Below are positions 15,880-24,000 of a stretch of DNA of 24,000 nt, piece by piece; the first letter of the stretch is position 1, and each line of letters opens with the position of its first letter. The stretch covers positions 186,182 to 210,181 of the forward strand of contig NZ_CAKKNS010000001.1 of assembly GCF_918814575.1 (NCBI RefSeq). The letters run 5' to 3'. The notes below the pieces were generated by a model. The model made no database searches, was not told where the DNA came from, and saw nothing but the letters and a program-made list of their open reading frames with translations. Source of the DNA: Periweissella fabaria (lineage in GTDB: Bacteria; Bacillota; Bacilli; Lactobacillales; Lactobacillaceae). Both the position numbers and the translations under genes were made by a program.

Positions 15880-17028
15880 ATGGTTGATATAAATCGGGTT
15901 ATCGATTTGCATACTAAAGAAACAGGTGTTTTATCAATAAAACCAAGTTTTGATGTTAAGAATCGCACGGACTTAGGAGAAGCTTACACACCGGGGGTCG
16001 CTGAGTTATCTAAGATGATTCACGCTGATCCTAGTCAAAAAGCGAAGTTAACAATGAGTGGGAAGCTCGTAGCCATTATTTCAGATGGTTCAGCGGTCTT
16101 AGGATTAGGCAACGTTGGTCCGGGCGCTAGTTTACCAATCATTGAAGGTAAGGCGTTGCTTTACAAAAACTTTGCCGGGGTCGATGCTATTCCATTAGCT
16201 TTCAATCAAGGTTCAATTGATGAATTTGTGGCAACGGTTAAAAACATGGCGCCTTCATTTGCCGGGATTCATTTAGAAGATATTGCCGCACCACGAGTAT
16301 TTGAAATTGAAAAACGCTTGGCGGCGGAATTAGATATTCCGGTATATCATGATGATCAAACAGGAACGGCAATTGTCGTCTTGGCAGGCTTGATTAATGC
16401 CGCTAAGGTCGTTGCCAAGCCGCTAACTGATCTCAAAATTGTGATTAACGGAGTGGGAGCAGCCGGAGTTGCTACCGCAAAGATTTTAATTGCCGCGGGA
16501 TTCAAAAACTTAACGTTAGTTGATATTGATGGCGTCATTCATCCTGATGATACTCAATACAACCCATACCAACTTGAATTATTAAATGCGATTACCCCAA
16601 CCGCTGGGGCCACCTTAGATGATATTATCGATGGCCAAGATGTGTTCATTGGTTTATCAGACGCTAACGTGTTAAGTGGTGCGCAAGTGCAACGGATGGC
16701 TGATAAAGCAATCATTATGGCGCTTGCTAATCCGGTACCAGAAATTTTACCGGAAGAAGCCTTAGCCGCTGGGGCCTGTGTGGTCGCAACTGGTTCTTCA
16801 CAATGGGCCAACCAAGTTAATAATATCTTGGCATTCCCTGGTTTGTTTAAAGGCTTGTTAGCAAGTGGTTTAAAAGCCGTTGACATGCACTTACAAATTA
16901 AAGTTGCACAAGCCTTAGCTGACTTGATTACTACGCCCGATGCCGAAAACATTGTCCCAGGGGTCTTCCAACCAGGTGTTGTTGATGCAGTTACCGCTGC
17001 CGTGATTAGTTACAGTCAAGAAAAATAA
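15880..17028 (+). CDS. citM: malic-enzyme-family soluble oxaloacetate decarboxylase
   Basis: 382-aa short-form malic enzyme (VAIISDGSAVLGLGNVGP, GIHLEDI, GVGAAGVA) as the first gene of a citrate lyase operon. A GAGGT SD is present. Confidence 0.9.
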   Translation: MVDINRVIDLHTKETGVLSIKPSFDVKNRTDLGEAYTPGVAELSKMIHADPSQKAKLTMSGKLVAIISDGSAVLGLGNVGPGASLPIIEGKALLYKNFAGVDAIPLAFNQGSIDEFVATVKNMAPSFAGIHLEDIAAPRVFEIEKRLAAELDIPVYHDDQTGTAIVVLAGLINAAKVVAKPLTDLKIVINGVGAAGVATAKILIAAGFKNLTLVDIDGVIHPDDTQYNPYQLELLNAITPTAGATLDDIIDGQDVFIGLSDANVLSGAQVQRMADKAIIMALANPVPEILPEEALAAGACVVATGSSQWANQVNNILAFPGLFKGLLASGLKAVDMHLQIKVAQALADLITTPDAENIVPGVFQPGVVDAVTAAVISYSQEK

Positions 17029-17045
17029 GTAAAGGTGGGTGCGGA

Positions 17046-18101
17046 TTGATGGATACGATTTGTGATTTATATTTAAGCGATAAGCACACGCAGCATACCT
17101 GGCAAGCGTTTTTAGAACAACGTGGGATTACGAATTTTAATGCGCAAGAAGTCAGTACAATTGATCAAACAATTGGCTTGTATAATGCCGATAATCAACT
17201 CGTTGGGACCGGCTCAATTGCCAATAACATCATTAAGTTTGTGGCCGTTTGTGATCGGGATGCCGAGACGAAAGGGGCGCGGTTTAACCAAGTGATTTCA
17301 GAATTAACAAATCGCTTAGGCGCCCAAGGAATCTTTCATCAGTTTGTCTTCACCAAGCCAGCTTATATTGACAGTTTTAAATACGTCGGCTTTCAACTAC
17401 TAGGAGCGACTGAGCAAGGGGCTATCCTTGAAAAAGGAATGCCTAATATCAAAGATTACCTTGCGCAGATTCCCAAGTTTCCGGCAGCTAAAAAGGTTGC
17501 GGGGATTGTGATGAATGCTAATCCGTTCACCAATGGCCATCGGTTCTTAGTCGCTGAAGCCGCCAAGCAAAATGATGTTGTCTACGTTTTTGTCGTTAAT
17601 GCCGATGTGTCATTATTCTCAACGGCTGAGCGCCTCCAATTAGTCATTGAAGGGACACGCGATTTACCAAACGTAGTGGTCGTCAACGGCCAAGATTACT
17701 TAGTCAGTTTTGTTAGTTTTCCGGCATACTTCATTAAAGATAACGACGCCATCATTCGCTACCAAACGGAACTGGATGCTAGTATTTTCAAGCAACAAAT
17801 TGCACCGGCATTAGGGATCACCGCTCGTTATCTAGGCAGTGAACCACTCTCACATACCACCGCACTGTATAATGCCAGCTTGGAGCGAATCTTAGCGCCT
17901 GACATTGCCGTTAAAATCTTGCCGCGCTTAACGAACGGGCCACAAGTGATTTCGGCAAGTTATGTCCGGCAATTAATTAAAACCGGTAATCTAAGTGATT
18001 TAGATGGACTGATTCCACCAACTACTGTAACATTTATCCATAATAATTTACTAACATTACAATCACGAATTTCGAAAGGACAAAATATCAATGGAAATTA
18101 A
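17046..18101 (+). CDS. citC: [citrate (pro-3S)-lyase] ligase
   Basis: GNAT-like N-terminal domain plus an adenylyltransferase core MNANPFTNGHRFLVEAA-type motif (IVMNANPFTNGHRFLVAEAA). The start is TTG 17046 or ATG 17049. Confidence 0.9.
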   Translation: MMDTICDLYLSDKHTQHTWQAFLEQRGITNFNAQEVSTIDQTIGLYNADNQLVGTGSIANNIIKFVAVCDRDAETKGARFNQVISELTNRLGAQGIFHQFVFTKPAYIDSFKYVGFQLLGATEQGAILEKGMPNIKDYLAQIPKFPAAKKVAGIVMNANPFTNGHRFLVAEAAKQNDVVYVFVVNADVSLFSTAERLQLVIEGTRDLPNVVVVNGQDYLVSFVSFPAYFIKDNDAIIRYQTELDASIFKQQIAPALGITARYLGSEPLSHTTALYNASLERILAPDIAVKILPRLTNGPQVISASYVRQLIKTGNLSDLDGLIPPTTVTFIHNNLLTLQSRISKGQNINGN

Positions 18102-18384
18102 AGAAACCGCCATGGCCGGTACCTTGGAATCATCAGATATCCAAATCATGCTTAGTGCTGGCACAAATGGTTACGAATTTGAATTAGAATCAGACGTCGC
18201 TAAGCAATTTGGTGATCAAATTAAAGCAACAATTACGAATGTGTTGGAAGCATATGATATCCAAAATGCCAAAATCAGTGTCGTTGATAAAGGCGCGTTA
18301 GACTTAGTTATCAAAGCCCGCGCCCTTACAGCGGTGCAACGTGCATTAGGGATTGTTGATACACCAAATTGGGAGGTAATGTAA
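18091..18384 (+). CDS. citD: citrate lyase acyl carrier protein (gamma subunit)
   Basis: 97 aa. MEIKETAMAGTLESSDIQIM contains the prosthetic-group Ser (LESSD). It overlaps the citC end by 11 nt. Confidence 0.95.
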   Translation: MEIKETAMAGTLESSDIQIMLSAGTNGYEFELESDVAKQFGDQIKATITNVLEAYDIQNAKISVVDKGALDLVIKARALTAVQRALGIVDTPNWEVM

Positions 18385-18386
18385 TT

Positions 18387-19301
18387 ATGTCAGATTCAAA
18401 AGAACGTCTCCGGCGCACAATGATGTTTGTGCCAGGTAATAACCCCGCCATGATTAAGGATGCCGGTATCTTTGGCGCTGATTCAATCATGTTTGACCTT
18501 GAAGATGCCGTTTCAATGGCCGAAAAGGATGCCGCCCGTTACTTGATTTATGAAGCAATCACTACGATTGATTACGGGGATGCCGAATTAGTTGTCCGGA
18601 TTAATGGTTTGGATACACCATATTATCAAAATGATATTAAAGCCATGGTTAAAGCTGGTATTGATGTCATTCGCTTACCAAAGGCTGAGACTGCGGAGAT
18701 GATTCACGAATTGGAAACATTAGTGGCCGCTGCTGAAGTTGAATTTGGCCGTGAAGTTGGTAGCACCAACTTAATGGCAGCGATTGAATCAGCCAAAGGG
18801 GTTGTTAACGCTAATGAAATTGCGGCGGCATCACCTCGGATGATTGGGATTGCCTTATCCGCTGAAGATTACACCACTGATATGAAAACGCACCGTTATC
18901 CTGATGGCCAAGAATTATTATATGCTCGGAATGTGATCTTACACGCCGCCCGGGCTGCCGGAATTGCTGCGTTTGACACGGTCTTTACTAACATGGATGA
19001 TGAAGCTGGTTTCTACCGGGAAACTGAATTGATTCACCAACTTGGTTTTGACGGTAAGTCATTGGTTAACCCTCGCCAAGTAGCCATGGTTAATAAAGTT
19101 TACCAACCAACAGAAAAAGAAATTCGCAATGCCCAACAAGTTATCATGGCCATTGAACAAGCCCGGATTAAGGGTTCTGGCGTTATTTCATTGAATGGCC
19201 AAATGGTTGATCGTCCCGTAGTGCTACGAGCAGAACGGGTTATGCGCTTAGCCAAAGCCAATAATTTAGTAGATGCAGAAGGTGAATACATTGGAAAATA
19301 A
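18387..19301 (+). CDS. citE: citrate lyase beta subunit (citryl-ACP lyase)
   Basis: [20 protein letters not shown]...[11 protein letters not shown] is the HpcH/CitE signature. The ATG at 18387 lies 2 nt after the citD stop, with GGGAGG inside the citD end. Confidence 0.95.
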   Translation: MSDSKERLRRTMMFVPGNNPAMIKDAGIFGADSIMFDLEDAVSMAEKDAARYLIYEAITTIDYGDAELVVRINGLDTPYYQNDIKAMVKAGIDVIRLPKAETAEMIHELETLVAAAEVEFGREVGSTNLMAAIESAKGVVNANEIAAASPRMIGIALSAEDYTTDMKTHRYPDGQELLYARNVILHAARAAGIAAFDTVFTNMDDEAGFYRETELIHQLGFDGKSLVNPRQVAMVNKVYQPTEKEIRNAQQVIMAIEQARIKGSGVISLNGQMVDRPVVLRAERVMRLAKANNLVDAEGEYIGK

Positions 19302-20829
19302 AGTAAATCGCAACATCCCAGATGAAATTTTAGCAAAATATGCTTACCAACCATTTACATCAACGGACATCGAAGGGATGCCAGTTGAACGGGTCTTACC
19401 AACTTTTGAAGCAACCACTGGTAGCAATAAGTTAGTTGATTCATTAACCGATTTAGTCAACAAGACGGTCCGTGATGGGATGACAATCTCATTTCACCAC
19501 CACTTCCGGGAAGGTGACTTTGTGTTTAACAAAGTTATGCGCATTATCATCGATAACGGCTATCAAGATTTAACTTTAGCACCATCATCTTTGACAAATG
19601 TTATGAACGATATTGTCGTTGAAGCGATTGAAAAGGGGGTCGTTACTAACATTACATCATCTGGGATGCGTGGAACCTTAGGGGATGCCATCTCACACGG
19701 TGCTTTAGCTAATCCTGTTATTTTCCGTTCACACGGTAACCGGGCTCGCGCCATTGAAACCGGCGCCATCAAAATTGACGTGGCCTTCTTAGGGGTTCCC
19801 AATGCTGATGAAATGGGAAATGCCAATGGGATGGACGGGGACTCTGCTTTTGGTTCCCTTGGTTATGCCTTAATGGATGCCCAATATGCTCAAACAGTGG
19901 TCTTAATCACCGATACTTTGAAGCCATACCCCAACACACCAGCTTCAATTAAACAAACCCAAGTTGACTACGTTGTCCAAGTTGATGCTGTCGGCGATCC
20001 TGAAAAGATTGGTTCTGGAGCCACGCGGTTCACGAAAGACCCTAAAGAATTAAAGATTGCGGAAATGGTTAATAAAGTGATTACCCACTCACCATACTTT
20101 AAAGACGGCTTCTCATTCCAAACCGGGACTGGTGGCGCAGCCTTAGCCGTAACCCGTTTCTTACGCCAAGCAATGCTTGATAACCAAATCAAAGCCTCAT
20201 TTGCGTTAGGTGGGATTACTAAGCCAACTGTTGATCTCTTAGAAGAAGGTTTGATTAGTCGTTTGATGGACGTGCAAGATTTCGATAAGGGCGCGGCTGA
20301 ATCAATGCACAAAAACCGCAACCAACAAGAAATCGATGCTTCTTGGTATGCGGATGCCGCTAACAAAGGTGCGATGGTTGATAAGTTAGACGTTGTAATC
20401 TTATCAGCATTAGAAATTGATACTAAGTTCAACGTAAACGTAATGTCTGGTTCCGATGGTGTCATTCGTGGCGCAATCGGTGGTCACCAAGATGCCGCTA
20501 CCGCTAAGTTGACGATTATCTCAGCACCATTAGTGCGGGGACGGATTGCCACTATCGTACCTGATGTAACAACGGTTGTAACCCCTGGTGAATCAATTGA
20601 TGTTATCGTAACGGAAGTTGGGATTGCCATTAACCCATTACGCGAAGACTTATTAGCCGTGCTTAGTGATGTGCCTGGTGTACCAGTATTTACGATTGAA
20701 GAACTCCAACAAATGGCAGAAAAGAAAGTTGGCACACCTAAGCCACTTGAATTTACTGACCGTGTCGTAGCCTTGATTGAATACCGTGACGGGACCATTA
20801 TGGACGTGATTCACGAAGTAAAAGATTAA
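19291..20829 (+). CDS. citF: citrate lyase alpha subunit (citrate CoA-transferase)
   Basis: Full-length CitF-like sequence ([11 protein letters not shown]...HHHFREGD...). TTG 19291 has a GAAGGTG SD 7 nt upstream. ATG 19273 and GVG 19282 are alternatives, and all overlap the citE 3' end. Confidence 0.9.
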   Translation: MENKVNRNIPDEILAKYAYQPFTSTDIEGMPVERVLPTFEATTGSNKLVDSLTDLVNKTVRDGMTISFHHHFREGDFVFNKVMRIIIDNGYQDLTLAPSSLTNVMNDIVVEAIEKGVVTNITSSGMRGTLGDAISHGALANPVIFRSHGNRARAIETGAIKIDVAFLGVPNADEMGNANGMDGDSAFGSLGYALMDAQYAQTVVLITDTLKPYPNTPASIKQTQVDYVVQVDAVGDPEKIGSGATRFTKDPKELKIAEMVNKVITHSPYFKDGFSFQTGTGGAALAVTRFLRQAMLDNQIKASFALGGITKPTVDLLEEGLISRLMDVQDFDKGAAESMHKNRNQQEIDASWYADAANKGAMVDKLDVVILSALEIDTKFNVNVMSGSDGVIRGAIGGHQDAATAKLTIISAPLVRGRIATIVPDVTTVVTPGESIDVIVTEVGIAINPLREDLLAVLSDVPGVPVFTIEELQQMAEKKVGTPKPLEFTDRVVALIEYRDGTIMDVIHEVKD

Positions 20830-20881
20830 GCTTAGTAATTCCCCCGATTAAAAAATCCCCCTGATTGAAAGGAAATGTGTG

Positions 20882-22264
20882 ATGTTTACTGAAGGCCAAG
20901 CGGTTAGCTTAACGGATATTTTAACAAGTAAGGAAGTTCGGAGTGCTCGCCAAACGAAATTCCAAGCAGCGTACCCCGATCAAGTAATTTGCGCTGTTAA
21001 ATTAAATATTCCCGGTAATGTCAAAACCAATGCCGCTATCGTGAACATCTTTGTTGACGGCTGGCACAATATCTTAGCAACGCTCAACCAAGATGGTTAC
21101 CATGTGCAACACACCGTTCAATATCGCGAATTAGCAACTGGCCCCGAAGGCTTTATCATTGTTGATGGGTCACTGTCAGTTGTTAAAAAAGTGATGATTG
21201 AACTTGAAACGCACTTACCACTTGGCCGCTTATTTGATATTGATGTTATGACGCAAGGTAACGCTACGCAGCTTTCACGCCAAGCATTAGGGTTTTCTGC
21301 CCGCAAATGTTTGGTATGTGAGCAAGACGCCAAAGTTTGTGCCAAAACGCAAGCGCACACGTATCCGGAAATATTAGCGGTGATTGAACACCGTTACCAA
21401 CAACATTTCCACGCCACTGACTGGGATCAAACGCACGCCGTTAATTTTGCGCAAAAAGGCTTATTGTACGAGGTTAGTTTGAACCCAAAACCAGGGTTAG
21501 TTGACCCGGCCAGTACTGGGGCCCATCATGATATGGATGTGTTTACCTTTATTGATAGTAGTTTGGCGTTGGGACCATATTTTAATACGGCTTACCAGGC
21601 TGGCTTTAACTTTAATGAAGCAGACTTAACCCAGTTATTTGCGCAATTACGTCAACACGGTATGGAAGCAGAAACGGCGATGTTTACCGCAACTAATGGG
21701 GTAAATACCCATAAAGGGGCGATTTTCTCATTAGGGATTTTACTAGGAGCGACGGGTTATTGTTATCGCCATCAGCTAACAACTTTAACGCATTTACAAG
21801 CAACGGTTAAAGCGATGTTAGCAACGTTAATCACAACCGATTTCCAAGGTTTGACGACCAAGGCCACGTTAACGGCGGGCGAACAGCAGTTTTTAAAATA
21901 CCAAGTGACCGGAATTCGTGGTGAAGCCGCCGCCGGTTATCCAACCGTCTTTGGGCTAGCTTTGCCGCAGCTACAAAAGACGACGGGGACATTACCACAA
22001 CGGCTATTAGATACATTAATGTATATTGCCGGTAATACCCGGGATTCCAATTTAATTAAGCGCGCCGGCGAGCTTGAGATTTTGACCGAGATGCACGCTT
22101 GGACACAGCAGTATTTTGACTTAGGTGGTAGTAAAACAGCTGAGGGGATGGCTTTTTTACACCAACTAGATGACCAATTTAAGGAACGAAATCTAAGTTT
22201 AGGTGGTTCAGCAGATTTATTAATCTTAACCATCTACACTGGATTATTAACCACAATGATTTAA
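20882..22264 (+). CDS. citXG: fused holo-ACP synthase CitX / triphosphoribosyl-dephospho-CoA synthase CitG
   Basis: ~460 aa. The N-terminal ~175 aa are CitX-like (LTDILTSKEVRSARQ). The C-terminal ~280 aa are CitG-like (LLYEVSLNPKPGLVDPASTGAHHDMD, NTHKGAIFSLG, SLGGSADLL). Confidence 0.9.
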   Translation: MFTEGQAVSLTDILTSKEVRSARQTKFQAAYPDQVICAVKLNIPGNVKTNAAIVNIFVDGWHNILATLNQDGYHVQHTVQYRELATGPEGFIIVDGSLSVVKKVMIELETHLPLGRLFDIDVMTQGNATQLSRQALGFSARKCLVCEQDAKVCAKTQAHTYPEILAVIEHRYQQHFHATDWDQTHAVNFAQKGLLYEVSLNPKPGLVDPASTGAHHDMDVFTFIDSSLALGPYFNTAYQAGFNFNEADLTQLFAQLRQHGMEAETAMFTATNGVNTHKGAIFSLGILLGATGYCYRHQLTTLTHLQATVKAMLATLITTDFQGLTTKATLTAGEQQFLKYQVTGIRGEAAAGYPTVFGLALPQLQKTTGTLPQRLLDTLMYIAGNTRDSNLIKRAGELEILTEMHAWTQQYFDLGGSKTAEGMAFLHQLDDQFKERNLSLGGSADLLILTIYTGLLTTMI

Positions 22265-22412
22265 CAAGATTTAACTAAGAGAGATATTTTGGAGAAGAGA
22301 TTCAGAAGCGTCGTCATAATAAGTTAGCGCAATCATGGACAGTTGTCGCTCCCTTATTAGCTCAATTCAGGTGAAAAAGTTATTATCACTACCAATTTAT
22401 GAGGTTAAAGAA

Positions 22413-23732
22413 ATGGATCAACAAACACAAGGTGCAACCCCTGCAGGCAAGCCCAACTTCTTGAGCAAGCTTGAAAAGTTTAAAATTAGTGGTATCGGAT
22501 TACCGCTATATATCGTCATGGCAGTAATCTTACTATTAATGATCAACCTACATGCATTACCTAATAATATGTTAGGGGCAATCTTAGTCTTAGTTCTTCT
22601 TGGACATTTGTTTTATTATATTGGCGCCAATTTACCAATTTTTAAAACGTATCTTGGTGGTGGGTCCGTCTTTACTATCTTTACAGCCGCTGCTTTAGTT
22701 ACGTATGGCATTATTCCATCAAGCGTGGTGACCATTAGTAAGACATTTGTTAACAATATGGATTTCCTTGATTTCTACATTGTTTCATTGATTGTTGGTT
22801 CAATTTTAGGAATGAACCGTAAATTACTACTCCGGGCTGCCGTTCGTTTCTTACCAGTTGCCTTTATCTCAATGGCCGTAACATTATTCGCGGTTGGTGG
22901 GGTCGGAATGCTCCTTGGTGAAGGTTTTGCTCACTCAATTTACTACGTCTCAATTCCAATCATGGCCGGTGGGGTTGGTGCTGGGATTGTACCATTGTCA
23001 GGTATTTACAGCCATGCCTTTGGTCAACCAGCTGCACACATCTTGTCACAATTATTCCCTGCAACAACTTTTGGTAACTTATTAGCTATTGTTGGTGCCG
23101 GCATGCTTTCAAAAGTTTTCCAAGGTTCTAAAATTGACGGTAACGGGGTGTTAATGCCAGTTAGCGACGATATGTTACAAAAGAAAAAAGCACCGCTTGA
23201 TGTTACCCGTATCGGGGTTGGTTTAGTAATTGCAATGGCCTTCTTCATGCTTGGAACATTGCTTAACATGTTAGTCCCAGCTATTAATACTTATGCATTT
23301 ATCATTTTGTCAGTTATCTTAGTTAAAGCGTTTGGTTTCCTTCCAGAATACTACGAACAATCAGTCGTGATGTTTAGTGACTTAGTTGTTAACAATATGA
23401 CACACGCCTTACTCTGTGGGGTCGGAATGTCATTACTTGACTTGAAGGTCTTAGCGGCATCACTTTCATGGCAATTCGTTATCCTATGCTTAACTAGTGT
23501 GATTGTAATTTCATTAGTTTCAGGATTTGTTGGTAAATTATTCGGTATGTACCCACTTGAAGCAACTATTACAGCTGGTTTATGTAATAACTCAATGGGT
23601 GGAACAGGTAACGTTTCAGTCCTTGCCGCATCTAACCGGATGAATTTAATTGCCTTTGCACAAATGGGTAACCGACTTGGTGGGGCCATTATGTTAGTGG
23701 TCGCTGGGTTATTAGTTTCATTTATGCATTAA
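22413..23732 (+). CDS. citP: 2-hydroxycarboxylate transporter family citrate permease
   Basis: A polytopic protein with the CitP/MleP-type N-terminus (KISGIGLPLYIV...LPNNMLGAI...LPIFKTYLGGGSVFTIF). The ATG at 22413 has GAGGT 7 nt upstream. The 26-aa upstream extension lacks an SD. Confidence 0.9.
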   Translation: MDQQTQGATPAGKPNFLSKLEKFKISGIGLPLYIVMAVILLLMINLHALPNNMLGAILVLVLLGHLFYYIGANLPIFKTYLGGGSVFTIFTAAALVTYGIIPSSVVTISKTFVNNMDFLDFYIVSLIVGSILGMNRKLLLRAAVRFLPVAFISMAVTLFAVGGVGMLLGEGFAHSIYYVSIPIMAGGVGAGIVPLSGIYSHAFGQPAAHILSQLFPATTFGNLLAIVGAGMLSKVFQGSKIDGNGVLMPVSDDMLQKKKAPLDVTRIGVGLVIAMAFFMLGTLLNMLVPAINTYAFIILSVILVKAFGFLPEYYEQSVVMFSDLVVNNMTHALLCGVGMSLLDLKVLAASLSWQFVILCLTSVIVISLVSGFVGKLFGMYPLEATITAGLCNNSMGGTGNVSVLAASNRMNLIAFAQMGNRLGGAIMLVVAGLLVSFMH

Positions 23733-23755
23733 GCTTTAAAATATTAAGATCATGT

Positions 23756-23796
23756 AAAAAAGCTATCGAAGAACATTGTTCTTGGATAGCTTTTTG
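23756..23796. terminator. rho-independent terminator after citP
   Basis: AAAAA-AGCTATCGAAGA-ACATTGT-TCTTGGATAGCT-TTTT: a 12-bp stem with one mismatch, flanked by A and T runs. Confidence 0.75.
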
Positions 23797-23799
23797 TTT

Positions 23800-24000
23800 A
23801 GGCTCTTTGTCAAATGATGTTGAGTTTTTGGCTACTAAATCGTAAAAAATTATGGTCTTTTTAGATGCGGTTAAATTTCGATAGCCATAGCCGCTTCTAT
23901 TGATTTGTTTTAAACCTTCTAAAGGACCATTTGAGTAAGGTGAGTCACAACTTTCGTTAAATACCTTTGAGGTTTTTCTTCAATGTTTTAATCAAGATTA
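23800..24000 (-). mobile_element. ISL3-family transposase 3' remnant (degraded, runs off the window)
   Basis: Minus-strand translation gives ...FNESCDSPYSNGPLEGLKQINRSGYGYRNLTASKK..., which matches the ISL3 C-terminal signature YSNGPxEG...K..YGYRNF. The segment between the two motifs is shortened. Upstream in-frame stops and an apparent frameshift (LIKTLKKNLKGI* in another frame) are present. Confidence 0.6.

Noticed and set aside
16356-23689. Numerous minus-strand ORFs (60-165 aa) across citM, citE, citF, citXG and citP, plus a 63-aa plus-strand ORF (22894..23085) in an alternative frame within citP
   Set aside because: All are antisense or alternative-frame overlaps of a tightly packed, homology-supported operon. 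The long open shadow frames are explained by codon bias, and none has an SD.
1-24000. Scan for tRNA, rRNA, CRISPR repeats, riboswitch or T-box leaders
   Set aside because: I saw no regularly spaced direct repeats, no tRNA-like T-arm/acceptor patterns and no long structured leaders with recognisable conserved cores. This was a by-eye scan only, so tRNAscan-SE and Infernal would be needed to be definitive.

Overview
This window looks like a Lactobacillaceae-type (Lactobacillales) chromosomal or megaplasmid segment; that assignment comes from gene content and is not proven. It is densely coding, and almost every long ORF has a recognisable family. The main content falls into five parts. (1) The left edge is very AT-rich and looks foreign. 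It carries an ORF that runs off the window, a decayed PUA/EVE-like gene and a self-contained small membrane-peptide cassette. (2) Three regulator/enzyme or stand-alone loci follow: AraC with an orphan GAPDH paralog, DUF1697, and HxlR with an MDR oxidoreductase. (3) A minus-strand PTS operon runs EIIA, fructose-type EIIBC, MalY/PatB C-S lyase and a PRD/EIIA-domain activator; its substrate is unknown. (4) Two divergent S/T-rich lipoproteins flank a 685-bp non-coding gap, followed by a stand-alone DHH/DHHA1 phosphoesterase. (5) A complete citrate-fermentation cluster is present: citI divergent from citM-citC-citD-citE-citF-citXG-citP. It has phased T4A4 operator-like repeats and ends at a degraded ISL3 transposase remnant. 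I found no tRNA, rRNA or CRISPR array, and no clearly novel multi-gene system. The least explained parts are the PTS/C-S-lyase operon with its internal structured spacer, and the foreign left edge, whose main body would lie outside the window.
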